From Deltaproteobacteria bacterium (lineage in GTDB: Bacteria; Desulfobacterota; Deferrisomatia; Deferrisomatales; JACRMM01): a stretch of 64,000 nucleotides of DNA. The stretch is from positions 5,460-69,459 of the forward strand of contig JACRMM010000063.1 of NCBI GenBank assembly GCA_016214985.1. Direction: 5' to 3'. Below, piece by piece: positions 1 to 8,092 of the stretch. Numbering within the stretch: the first letter of the stretch is position 1; each line of letters begins with the position of its first letter. The position numbers and the translations under genes are program-made. The notes beneath the pieces were generated by a model. The model ran no database searches. It had not been told where the DNA came from and saw only the letters and a list, made by a program, of their open reading frames with translations.

Positions 1-1
1 C

Positions 2-499
2 AAGCTGTTGAGGGGGGCGCGGCTCTTGGAGTACTCGGCCCACGTCATCCCCGAGGGCGGCTACGACATGATTCCCGGCCTGGTCGGTGACGGCATCCTC
101 GTTACCGGCGATGCGGCGGGCTTCTGCTACGCCACGGGGCTGAACCTCGAGGGCATCAATCTGGCCGCCCACTCGGGCGTGCTGGCGGCCCAGGCTGCCC
201 TGGAGGCGCGGGAGGCCAAGGACTACTCGGCCCGGGTGCTCAAGGGCTACGAGCGCCGCCTCAAAGAGAGCTTCGTCCTGAAGGACCTGAAGACCTTTCG
301 CCATGCCCCCAAGATGCTCCACATCGACCGGCTCTACGTGGAGTACCCCGAGATCTTCTGCGACGTGATGGAGCGAGTGTACCGGATTGACGGGACCCCG
401 AAGGAGAGCGTGTCCAGCCTCTTCCTCCGGTTGGCCAAGGAGAAGGTCGGGGCGGGAAGCCTGGCCAAGGATGCGTGGACCGCGTGGAGGGCCGTATGA
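2..499 (+). CDS. fixC: FAD-dependent oxidoreductase, FixC / ETF:quinone oxidoreductase family (C-terminal ~165 aa; 5' end outside window)
   Basis: Frame is open from the window edge to TGA 497-499. GDAAGFCYATGLNLEGINLAAHSG and YERRLKESFVLKDLK resemble the FixC C-terminal region. The stop overlaps the ATG of a FixX-type ferredoxin (ATGA at 496-499). Confidence 0.75.
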   Translation, partial: KLLRGARLLEYSAHVIPEGGYDMIPGLVGDGILVTGDAAGFCYATGLNLEGINLAAHSGVLAAQAALEAREAKDYSARVLKGYERRLKESFVLKDLKTFRHAPKMLHIDRLYVEYPEIFCDVMERVYRIDGTPKESVSSLFLRLAKEKVGAGSLAKDAWTAWRAV

Positions 500-777
500 T
501 CAACGTGGACGACCTCTTTGACTACGTCAGTTTCACGATCGACCACGAGCCCCACATCGTGCTCGACCCAGGCGTCTGCGCCACCTGCAACCATCGGGGC
601 TGCACCACGACCTGCCCGGCCCGCTGCTACACCTGGTCCGAGGAGGATCAGAAGATCGGCTTCGTCTACGACGGCTGCCTCGAGTGCGGCACATGCTACA
701 TCGTGTGCGACAAGCAGGCCTTCACCCGGTGGAGATACCCCAGGGGAGGCTTCGGCGTGTCGTTTCGGCTGACGTGA
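496..777 (+). CDS. fixX: Ferredoxin-like protein FixX
   Basis: 93 aa. Cysteine pattern CATCNHRGCTTTCPARC ... GCLECGTCYIVC is typical of FixX. ATG 496 overlaps the fixC stop (ATGA). The longer track call from 475 is less likely. Confidence 0.8.
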   Translation: MINVDDLFDYVSFTIDHEPHIVLDPGVCATCNHRGCTTTCPARCYTWSEEDQKIGFVYDGCLECGTCYIVCDKQAFTRWRYPRGGFGVSFRLT

Positions 778-795
778 CGGGAACACGGGAGAGTT

Positions 796-1704
796 GTGAT
801 GGCTGCTAAGCCGTTGGATATCGCCGTGCTGCTTCGGGAGGTCCGGGACCCGAGGCCGCCGGTTCGCCTCGAGGAACAGGGCGTGGCGGTGCGCGACACC
901 GGGATTCGGAGGATCCCCAATCCTGCGGATCTGTCCGCCCTGGAGGTCGCGCTGCGGCTCGCCGAGGCGATGAGAGGGTCGGTCACGGTCCTGGCCGTGG
1001 GGCCGAAGCGCCTGGAAGACGCCCTGTGCTTGGCCGCGTCTCTGGGTGCGGACCGGACTCTCCGTGTGTGGGACGACGGCATGAGCGGTGGCGATGCAGT
1101 GGCCGACGCGCGGGTGCTGCGCCGGGTGCTCGAGATTTTGCGGCCGTCACTCTTTTTCACGGGAAGCCGCGTGCTTGACCGGGGCGACGACCCCTCCGCG
1201 GCTCTTGCGGCCTGCGCGCTCGGCATACCGTTCACCAACGCGGCTCTCTCCCTCGCCATCGACTCCGACGGAGTCCAGGTGCTCCGGAAGGCGGAGAGGG
1301 GAGGGCGTCAGAAGGTTTCTCTACGCCTCCCCTGCGCCGTCTTCTTCGACGCCGCTGCGGCGGAGCCGCACTATCCGGACCTGGAGGCGGTGCTCGGCTC
1401 CCTGGAGGCACCGGTGGAGCGGTGGGGGATGCCGGAACTGGGGCTCCCGGCCGTCGAACTCGGGTTTGCCGGCGCGGTCCTCCGGCCCGCCGGCGTAGCC
1501 TTCCCACGGCCCGATCCCCTACGGGTGCTCACCCCGGACCCGACCCTGCCCGGCCACGAGAGGGTCGCGGTGCTCTTGTCGGGCGGCATCCGGGCGCGCG
1601 AGGGGCGCATCCACTTCAGTACTCCCGACGAGGCGGTGGCCCGCCTCCTAGACATCTTCGCCGAAGAGGGCCTCCTTGACGTGGCGGAGGAGGCAAAGCG
1701 GTGA
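796..1704 (+). CDS. Electron transfer flavoprotein beta-subunit-like (FixA/EtfB-like) protein with a divergent C-terminal third
   Basis: N-terminal LDIAVLLREVRDP...RIPNPADLSALEVALRLAE...VTVLAVGPK matches the ETF-beta adenine-nucleotide-hydrolase-like fold signature. 18 nt after fixX. The stop overlaps the next start (GTGA 1701-1704). No ETF-alpha gene follows. Confidence 0.65.
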   Translation: MMAAKPLDIAVLLREVRDPRPPVRLEEQGVAVRDTGIRRIPNPADLSALEVALRLAEAMRGSVTVLAVGPKRLEDALCLAASLGADRTLRVWDDGMSGGDAVADARVLRRVLEILRPSLFFTGSRVLDRGDDPSAALAACALGIPFTNAALSLAIDSDGVQVLRKAERGGRQKVSLRLPCAVFFDAAAAEPHYPDLEAVLGSLEAPVERWGMPELGLPAVELGFAGAVLRPAGVAFPRPDPLRVLTPDPTLPGHERVAVLLSGGIRAREGRIHFSTPDEAVARLLDIFAEEGLLDVAEEAKR

Positions 1705-3140
1705 CGTACCGATTTCGGCCGGGCGTGCGGTTGGTCCCGGCACGGGCGGGGGAATACCTGCTCTCGGAGCGTCCCCTGCGGGCCGTCCGGCTGAGTGAGG
1801 GCCTGGCAGGCCTCTTGCGTCGGACGGAAGACGGCGAGATCGAGACCGAGGACCCGGCCGGGCAACGGACCCTGGAGGCGCTGGCGGTTCGGGGCCTCCT
1901 CGAGCGCAGGGGAAGTCCGCTCGTGCCGGAGGAAGAGCTCCCGAGCGTGTCGGTGGTGATCCCGGTGCGCGACCGGGCGGCAGAACTGCGCCGGTGTCTG
2001 GAGGGTGTGTGGGGCGTGGACTACCCCAGGGATCGCTTGGAGGTCGTGGTCGTCGACGACGGGAGCATAGACGAGAGCAGCTCCGTAGCCCGTGAGGCGG
2101 GCGTCGACCTGGTGCCGTCGGGTGGGATGGGCCTGGGCCCGGGGGTCGCGCGGAACCGAGGGGTCGCGGCCGCCTCCGGCGAAGTCCTGGCCTTCATCGA
2201 CTCGGACTGCGTGCCCTCGCCCCGGTGGCTCCGGGAGCTCGTACCCTGGTTCGCCGACCTCGAAGTCGCCGCGGTGGGCGGTCTCGTGGAGGGCCTTCAG
2301 TCCGCTCGGCGCCTGGACCGCTACGAGGCGGCGATGTCCAGTCTGAGCCTCGGGGCCCGGGAGCGGAGTGCGGGCGAGGGAGACGACACGTTCTACCTGC
2401 CCAGCTGCAACCTCCTCGTGCGGCGTGAAGCGTTTCGGGCCGCCGGGGGATTCCGTGCCGGGATGCACGTGGGCGAGGACGTGGATCTCTCCTGGCGGTT
2501 GCGGGACCGGGGGGGCAAGCTCGTGTATTGTCCCCGCGGGGCGGTCCGACACGAGCATCGCAGCCGCCTGTGGCCGTTTCTCAAGAGGCGGTTTCAGTAC
2601 GGGACCTCGGAGGGCGCTCTACAGACGTTCCATCCCCGCCGGCGAAAGCGCTTGGTACTGCCTCCGTTGCTCACCGCTGCGCTCGGCTTGGCCGCACTCG
2701 CTCCGCTGCTAGGGGCGTGGTCGCTCCTGGCTGCGACAGCCCTCGCGCTGGTCTGGGACGCCGCCGGGTTCCACCGGCGCCTGAGCCGGGCCGGGCTCGC
2801 TCTGCGATTCCCGACGGTGGTGGCGGCTCGCGCCCGGGCGCTCGGCAGTCTCGCGTACTACGTGGCCTACCATCTCGTGAGGTACTATGGGTGGCCCCTG
2901 CTCGGCGCCGCGCTGGCCTGGGCGCGCTTAGGGTTCCTCGCGGCTCTCCTGGCCGCGCTGGCGGCGGGAGTGGACTGGACGGTCCGGAGGCCTCGCCTCT
3001 CGTTTCCCGCTTTTGCGGTGTTCTACCTGGCCGAGCACCTCTCCTACGGTCTCGGCGTCTTCTGGGGGTGTTGGAGGCAAGGGACATTTGACAGCTACCG
3101 GCCCGCCGTTCACGGGCGGGCGCCAGCCCCGGCGGGGTAG
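1701..3140 (+). CDS. Family 2 glycosyltransferase with C-terminal polytopic membrane domain (MftF-like architecture, tentative)
   Basis: SVSVVIPVRDRAAEL, VVVVDDGS, AFIDSDC (DxD) and GEDVDLSWRL are GT2 hallmarks. Residues ~330-460 are several hydrophobic helices. The N-terminal ~70 aa (YRFRPGVRLVPARAGEYLLSERPLRAVRLSEG) resembles the leader region of mycofactocin-type glycosyltransferases, from memory only. Confidence 0.7.
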   Translation: MTYRFRPGVRLVPARAGEYLLSERPLRAVRLSEGLAGLLRRTEDGEIETEDPAGQRTLEALAVRGLLERRGSPLVPEEELPSVSVVIPVRDRAAELRRCLEGVWGVDYPRDRLEVVVVDDGSIDESSSVAREAGVDLVPSGGMGLGPGVARNRGVAAASGEVLAFIDSDCVPSPRWLRELVPWFADLEVAAVGGLVEGLQSARRLDRYEAAMSSLSLGARERSAGEGDDTFYLPSCNLLVRREAFRAAGGFRAGMHVGEDVDLSWRLRDRGGKLVYCPRGAVRHEHRSRLWPFLKRRFQYGTSEGALQTFHPRRRKRLVLPPLLTAALGLAALAPLLGAWSLLAATALALVWDAAGFHRRLSRAGLALRFPTVVAARARALGSLAYYVAYHLVRYYGWPLLGAALAWARLGFLAALLAALAAGVDWTVRRPRLSFPAFAVFYLAEHLSYGLGVFWGCWRQGTFDSYRPAVHGRAPAPAG

Positions 3141-3152
3141 GAGTGCGCAGAC

Positions 3153-3986
3153 ATGGACCTGGCGCTACAAGAGAAGAAGGACCGACTGCTCGACCTCCTC
3201 CGAGAGACCGGAGGCTGCGTGATCGGGTTCTCGGGCGGAGTCGACTCCACGTTCCTCTTCGCGGTGGCGGCCGCAGTCTTGGGGCAGAAGGCCCTGGCCG
3301 TGACCGCCAGCTCAGAGACCTATCCGGAGCGTGAGCTCCGGGAGGCCAGGGAGCTGGCGGAGAAGATCGGCGGGCGCCACCGCGTGATCGTCTCCGAAGA
3401 GCTCGACATTCCGGGGTTCGCCGAGAACCCCAAGGACCGCTGCTATCACTGCAAGAAGGAGCTCTTCTCCAAGCTACGGGCCGTCGCTGAGGAGGAGGGG
3501 CTTCCCCAGGTGCTTGACGGCAGCAACGTGGACGACCGAGGCGACTATCGCCCGGGGCGGCGCGCGCTGCGGGAGCTCGACGTCCGGAGCCCCCTCGAGG
3601 AGGCGGGGCTGTCCAAGGCCGACATCCGAGAGCTGTCCCGGGAACTGGGGCTTCCGACCTGGGACAAGCCCGCCTTCGCCTGCCTGTCCTCCCGCTTCCC
3701 CTACGGCACCCGGATCACCCGTGAGAAGGTGACCCAGGTGGGCCGCGCCGAGGAGTCGCTGCGTGAGCTCGGTCTGCGGGTCCTGCGGGTCCGCCACCAC
3801 GGCGACGTGGCCCGGCTCGAGCTTGGGGCCGACGAGTTCGGCCGGGTCGTCAACGGGCTCCGGGACGAGGTGGTGCGGCGTGTCAAGGAGGCCGGCTACG
3901 TGTATGTGGCCCTGGACCTCCAGGGCTACCGGACGGGTGCCATGAACGAGACATTGACCGACCTCAGGCCGGCGGTCGCGCCGTGA
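3153..3986 (+). CDS. larE: LarE, ATP-dependent sulfur transferase for nickel-pincer nucleotide (NPN) cofactor synthesis (PP-loop ATPase)
   Basis: PP-loop GFSGGVDST. DRCYHCKKELF plus AFACLSSRFPYG (three Cys). Overall collinear with LarE. The stop overlaps the larB start. Confidence 0.85.
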   Translation: MDLALQEKKDRLLDLLRETGGCVIGFSGGVDSTFLFAVAAAVLGQKALAVTASSETYPERELREARELAEKIGGRHRVIVSEELDIPGFAENPKDRCYHCKKELFSKLRAVAEEEGLPQVLDGSNVDDRGDYRPGRRALRELDVRSPLEEAGLSKADIRELSRELGLPTWDKPAFACLSSRFPYGTRITREKVTQVGRAEESLRELGLRVLRVRHHGDVARLELGADEFGRVVNGLRDEVVRRVKEAGYVYVALDLQGYRTGAMNETLTDLRPAVAP

Positions 3987-4756
3987 GCCCCGAACATCTC
4001 CGCCACCTGCTCGACCGCCTCCGGGAAGGGGAGGTCTCGACCGAGGAGGTCCTTTCGCGGCTCCAGACGTTTTCCTTCGAGGACGTGGGGTTCGCCAAGA
4101 TCGACCATCACCGGCGGATCCGCAACGGCCATCCCGAGGTAATCTACGGGGAGGGGAAGACCCCCGGCCAGGTGGCGGAGATCTTCGCGCGCCTGGCGGA
4201 TCGGAACCCCAACGTCCTGTGCACGCGGGCGAGCCCGGCCGCGGCCGAGGCGGTCCGCGCGAAGGTGCCGGAAGCCCGCTACCACGAGCTGTGTCGGCTA
4301 CTGGAGCTTCGGCGGGACCCGGCCGAGCCGGTGGGCTACGTCGCGCTGGCCGCTGCGGGCACCTCGGACCTCCCAGTGGCGGAGGAGGGGGCCCTCGCCC
4401 TCGAGGTCCTCGGCAGCCGGGTGGAGCGCCTCTACGACGTAGGAGTCGCGGGCATCCACCGCCTCTTTGCTCATGCCGACGAGCTGCGCAAGGCCCACGT
4501 GGTGGTGGCGGTGGCCGGGATGGAGGGCGCGCTGCCGTCGGTGGTGGCGGGGCTCGTGGACGTGCCCGTGATCGCCGTGCCGACCAGCGTGGGCTATGGC
4601 GCCAGCTTCGGCGGGATCACGGCGCTCCTGGCCATGCTCAACTCCTGCGCCTCGGGGATCAGTGTGGTCAACATCGACAATGGGTTCGGCGCGGCCTACC
4701 AGGCCGACATGATCAACAAGCTCGCCTGCCGCGGCCGAAAGGGAGGAGAGTCGTGA
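3983..4756 (+). CDS. larB: LarB, pyridinium-3,5-biscarboxylic acid mononucleotide synthase (AIR-carboxylase-like)
   Basis: FAKIDHHRRIRNGHPEVIYGEGKT and the PurE-like C-terminal half (GTSDLPVAEE...VAGMEGALPSVVAGL) are present. GTGA overlap with larE, and GTGA overlap into larC. Confidence 0.85.
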   Translation: MSPEHLRHLLDRLREGEVSTEEVLSRLQTFSFEDVGFAKIDHHRRIRNGHPEVIYGEGKTPGQVAEIFARLADRNPNVLCTRASPAAAEAVRAKVPEARYHELCRLLELRRDPAEPVGYVALAAAGTSDLPVAEEGALALEVLGSRVERLYDVGVAGIHRLFAHADELRKAHVVVAVAGMEGALPSVVAGLVDVPVIAVPTSVGYGASFGGITALLAMLNSCASGISVVNIDNGFGAAYQADMINKLACRGRKGGES

Positions 4757-5652
4757 CGAGGATCCTCTACTTCGACGCCTCGGCCGGCGTGAGCGGCGAC
4801 ATGTTCGTGGGGGCCCTGCTGGACCTGGGCGCGAGCCTCGAGGTCGTCGAACGCCACGTGGCTTGCCTGGGGGTGCCGGGCATGGAGCTCCGGGCACGCC
4901 GGGTGATTTGCCACGGCGTTGCGGCCACGAAGTTCGACGTCCTCGCCGCCGGGACCGAGGAGCCGGTAGACGGGATCCGCGGTGAAGGGGGTTGCGGTCA
5001 CGGCGACCACCACCGTGGGGCCGGCGACCACCACCATGGGGCCGGGGACCACCACCACGACCAGGGGACCGGCGGCCACCTCCACGGGCACCCGCTCCCA
5101 CACGTGCACCGGGGCCTGGCCGAGATCCGGGCGCTCATCCTGGGCAGTTCCCTTCCCGAGGCCGTCGCGGCCGACGCCGTGGGCGTATTCGAGCGCCTCG
5201 CGGAGGCGGAGGCCCGAGTTCACGGCGTGGATCGTGAGGCGGTCCACTTTCACGAGGTGGGCGCCTTGGATGCCATCGCGGACATCGTGGCCGCGGCGAG
5301 CGCCTTCGATCAGGTGGGGCCGGACGAAGCCCTCTGCTCCCCGATCCACGTGGGCGGCGGTACCGTGCGCTGCGCCCACGGCCTGCTCCCGGTGCCGGCG
5401 CCGGCCACCCTGGAGCTTCTCAAGGGGGCGCCGGCATACTCGGACGGCACGGTCGGAGAGCTGGCGACGCCCACCGGCGTGGCGCTGATCCGGCACTTCT
5501 GCGCTGGCTTTTGCCCCATGCCGCCGATGGTGGTCGAGTCCGTCGGGTACGGCGCCGGCACGAAGGACTTCGGGCGGCCGAACGTGCTGCGCGCGACCCT
5601 CGGGAGCACCGCTGCGACGGTAGCCCCTTGGCAAACCGCCCAGTTCAGCTAA
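4753..5652 (+). CDS. larC: LarC N-terminal (LarC1-like) nickel insertion protein; C-terminal LarC2 domain absent
   Basis: GTG 4753 is preceded by GGGAGGAGAG. ILYFDASAGVSGDMFVGALLDLG. His-rich Ni-binding stretch GHGDHHRGAGDHHHGAGDHHHDQGTGGHLHGH. Ends 20 aa after the PNVLRATLG motif, where full-length LarC normally continues ~130 aa. Confidence 0.8.
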   Translation: MTRILYFDASAGVSGDMFVGALLDLGASLEVVERHVACLGVPGMELRARRVICHGVAATKFDVLAAGTEEPVDGIRGEGGCGHGDHHRGAGDHHHGAGDHHHDQGTGGHLHGHPLPHVHRGLAEIRALILGSSLPEAVAADAVGVFERLAEAEARVHGVDREAVHFHEVGALDAIADIVAAASAFDQVGPDEALCSPIHVGGGTVRCAHGLLPVPAPATLELLKGAPAYSDGTVGELATPTGVALIRHFCAGFCPMPPMVVESVGYGAGTKDFGRPNVLRATLGSTAATVAPWQTAQFS

Positions 5653-5762
5653 ACTGGCGAAATTACTTTCGCAGAGCCACGAGGGCGGATCGGCGCGGGA
5701 AGGAGGGGCGATCGGGAAGGACGGGCAAGGGCACGGCAACCACACAAGAAGAAGGAGGACCC

Positions 5763-7514
5763 ATGGCTGATCGAATCGTGCGTGTGAACATGAAGACCCT
5801 GGCGATCAAAGAGGAGCCGCTTCCGGCGAAGTGGGCGGCCTTCGGCGGCCGGGCCATGACCTCGGCGATCGTCTCCGAGGAAGTGCCGCCGACCTGCTCG
5901 CCGCTGGGGCCGGATAACAAGCTGGTCTTCGCCCCCGGGCTCTTGGGAGGGAGCTCGGCACCCATCTCTGGCCGGATCTCCGTCGGCGCCAAGAGCCCCC
6001 TCACCGGGACCATCAAGGAATCGAACGCCGGAGGGCAGGCGGCGCAGATCATGGCGAGGCTGGGGATCCGCGCCCTGGTGATCGAGGACAAGCCCGAAGA
6101 CGCCTCCAAGCTTTACACCATGGAGCTCCGCAAGGGCTCAGTGAAATTAGTGGAATGCCCGGAGCTCAAAGGCCTCGGGAACTACGACACCGTGGCCAAG
6201 CTCATCGCCAAGTACGGAGACAAGAAGGTCGGGTACGTCAGCATCGGCATGGCCGGGGAGTGGGGCCTTACAGCCGCCTCCATCGCCTGCACCGACCGGG
6301 AGCTCCGGCCCACGCGCCACGCGGGCCGCGGCGGCTTGGGCGCGGTCATGGGCTCAAAGGGCATCAAGGCGATCTTCTGCGACGACTCTGAGGTCTCCAT
6401 GAGGGAGCCCGCGAACAAGGACGCGTTCCGCGACGCCTCCCGGAAGTTCGCCAAGGCCCTCAAGGAACATCCGGTTACGGGCGAGGGGCTGCCCACCTAC
6501 GGCACCAACGTCCTGCAGAACATCATGAACGAGGCCGGGGGACTTCCGACCCGCAACTTTAGAGAGGGCCAGTGGTCCGGAGCCTCGAAGATCTCCGGCG
6601 AGGTGCAGCACGACACCATTCTGGCGCGGGGCGGCGAGGGGAAGATCGCCCACGGCTGTCACGCAGGCTGCGTAATCCAGTGCTCCCGGATCTGGGTGGA
6701 CAAGGACGGGCACTACAAGACCAAAGGCCCCGAGTACGAGACCATCTGGGCACACGGCACGAACTGCTGCATCGACGACCTGGACGCCATCGCCGAGATG
6801 GACCGCCTGGACGACGACATCGGCCTCGACACGATCGAGATGGGCGCTGCGATCGGCGTGGCGATGGAGGGGGGTCTGGCGAAGTTCGGCGACGCGGCGG
6901 CAGCGATCAACCTCCTGAAGGAGGTGCAGAAGGGCACTCCGCTGGGCCGGATCCTGGGCTGCGGCACCGACACCATGGCGCGCTGCTTCGGCGTCTCCCA
7001 CGTGCCGACCGTGAAGGGCCAGGCCATGCCGGCCTACGACCCTCGCGCTGTCCAGGGCATCGGCGTCACCTACGCCACCACGACCATGGGCGCCGACCAC
7101 ACGGCGGGCTACGCCATCGCGACGAACATCCTGAAGGTGGGCGGCTACGTGGATCCCCTGAAGGCGGAAGGCCAGGTGGATCTGTCCCGAAACCTCCAGA
7201 TCGCCACGGCGGCTGTGGACTCCACGGGGCTGTGTCTGTTCGTGGCCTTCGCGGTGCTCGACAAGCCCGAGGCCTTCGAGGCGGTCTACGAGATGATCAA
7301 CGGGTTCTACGGCTTGAGTCTCGGTGCCAATGACGTCGTGGAGCTCGGCAAGGCAGTCCTCACCATGGAGAAGAAGTTCAACAATGCCGCCGGGTTCACA
7401 AATGCCCACGACCGGCTGCCGGACTGGATGTCCACGGAGAAGCTGTCCCCGCACAACACGGTGTTCATGGTTCCGGACGCCGAGCTGGATCAGGTCTTCA
7501 ACTTCGTGACCTAG
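5763..7514 (+). CDS. aor: Aldehyde:ferredoxin oxidoreductase family (tungstopterin enzyme)
   Basis: ATG 5763 with GAAGGAGGA 5 nt upstream. 583 aa. AOR_N-type N-terminus (IVRVNMKTL...FGGRAMTSAIV), cysteine cluster GCHAGCVIQC and C-terminal DSTGLCLFVAF motif. The N-terminal 84 aa of the track ORF (from 5511) is an Arg-rich shadow. Confidence 0.85.
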   Translation: MADRIVRVNMKTLAIKEEPLPAKWAAFGGRAMTSAIVSEEVPPTCSPLGPDNKLVFAPGLLGGSSAPISGRISVGAKSPLTGTIKESNAGGQAAQIMARLGIRALVIEDKPEDASKLYTMELRKGSVKLVECPELKGLGNYDTVAKLIAKYGDKKVGYVSIGMAGEWGLTAASIACTDRELRPTRHAGRGGLGAVMGSKGIKAIFCDDSEVSMREPANKDAFRDASRKFAKALKEHPVTGEGLPTYGTNVLQNIMNEAGGLPTRNFREGQWSGASKISGEVQHDTILARGGEGKIAHGCHAGCVIQCSRIWVDKDGHYKTKGPEYETIWAHGTNCCIDDLDAIAEMDRLDDDIGLDTIEMGAAIGVAMEGGLAKFGDAAAAINLLKEVQKGTPLGRILGCGTDTMARCFGVSHVPTVKGQAMPAYDPRAVQGIGVTYATTTMGADHTAGYAIATNILKVGGYVDPLKAEGQVDLSRNLQIATAAVDSTGLCLFVAFAVLDKPEAFEAVYEMINGFYGLSLGANDVVELGKAVLTMEKKFNNAAGFTNAHDRLPDWMSTEKLSPHNTVFMVPDAELDQVFNFVT

Positions 7515-7520
7515 CAGAAA

Positions 7521-7556
7521 GTCGTCGAAAGCCAATTCTGATCAGGGTTCGACGAC
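7521..7556 (+). terminator. Stem-loop directly after the aor stop (9-bp stem GTCGTCGAA/TTCGACGAC, 18-nt loop), no U-tract
   Basis: Perfect inverted repeat read directly from the sequence, 7 nt after TAG 7512-7514. Lack of a T-run makes intrinsic-terminator function uncertain. Confidence 0.25.
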
Positions 7557-7710
7557 AGGAAAACGAGATGCGCCGACTCCGAGCCGTACCGCCTACCGGG
7601 AAAGACCCCACGGCGGACGGCCAACGGGTCGAGGAGGAAACTCCTTGGCCTCCCGCAGTTGGAAAGGAGTCCGCAACTCGCCCACGCCCCTCGTTCGGTC
7701 CTTCCCCACG

Positions 7711-7797
7711 TCACAGCGCCGAGAGCCCCACCTCCAGGGAGATGGAATAGGGGACCGTGCTGACGAACTCGTCGCGGTTTCCCATGGTCCCGGCTCC
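7711..7797 (-). pseudogene. Relic 3' fragment of a paralog of the beta-barrel gene at 18109-19440
   Basis: Minus-strand translation ends GAGTMGNRDEFVSTVPYSISLEVGLSAL*. The intact gene ends GAGTGGSRDEFGSAVRYSVSLGLELSAF*, 18 of 28 identical by hand alignment. DNA similarity to 18109-18195 is visible. No start codon or upstream similarity in this frame. Confidence 0.6.
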
Positions 7798-7960
7798 TCG
7801 AAGGAGAGCTGCGCCGCCCCCACTCCGCTCGCGGCCGATTACCTCGGCCTTGAGGGCATGACAGAGGTGCTCTGTCGCCCCCCCGGATTTCTGGGGCGGA
7901 GAGGTGAAGCCGGGGGCCGCCCGCTCCGTCGAGGAACCGGCAGACGGCCCCGGACCGTCA

Positions 7961-7975
7961 TGCTGCCGTGCAGCA
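7961..7975. promoter_or_regulatory. Perfect palindrome TGCTGC-CGT-GCAGCA (CTGC-N3-GCAG type), candidate PhaR operator upstream of phaR
   Basis: Read directly from the sequence. Lies ~120 nt upstream of the phaR ATG. Same core motif recurs at 8725, 12197 and 12240 in PHA-locus intergenic DNA. Confidence 0.5.
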
Positions 7976-8092
7976 CTGCATCCCCCTCCTCCTGCGGGAA
8001 CGCCGTCGGACTTGACGGCCCCGATCCGGGGAGACTAGTTTAGCTGGCGGCTCTTCCCTTACATGCCCCGGGTCCCTCGGAGAAGAAAAGCC

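Noticed and set aside
4219-4752. Upstream 178 aa of the 477-aa ORF containing larC
   Set aside because: Arg/Gly-rich shadow overlapping larB in another frame. LarC homology begins at VTRILYFD, with a strong SD and a GTGA overlap at 4753.
5511-5762. N-terminal 84 aa of the 667-aa ORF containing aor
   Set aside because: Arg-rich stretch overlapping the larC 3' end. AOR homology and a strong SD begin at ATG 5763.
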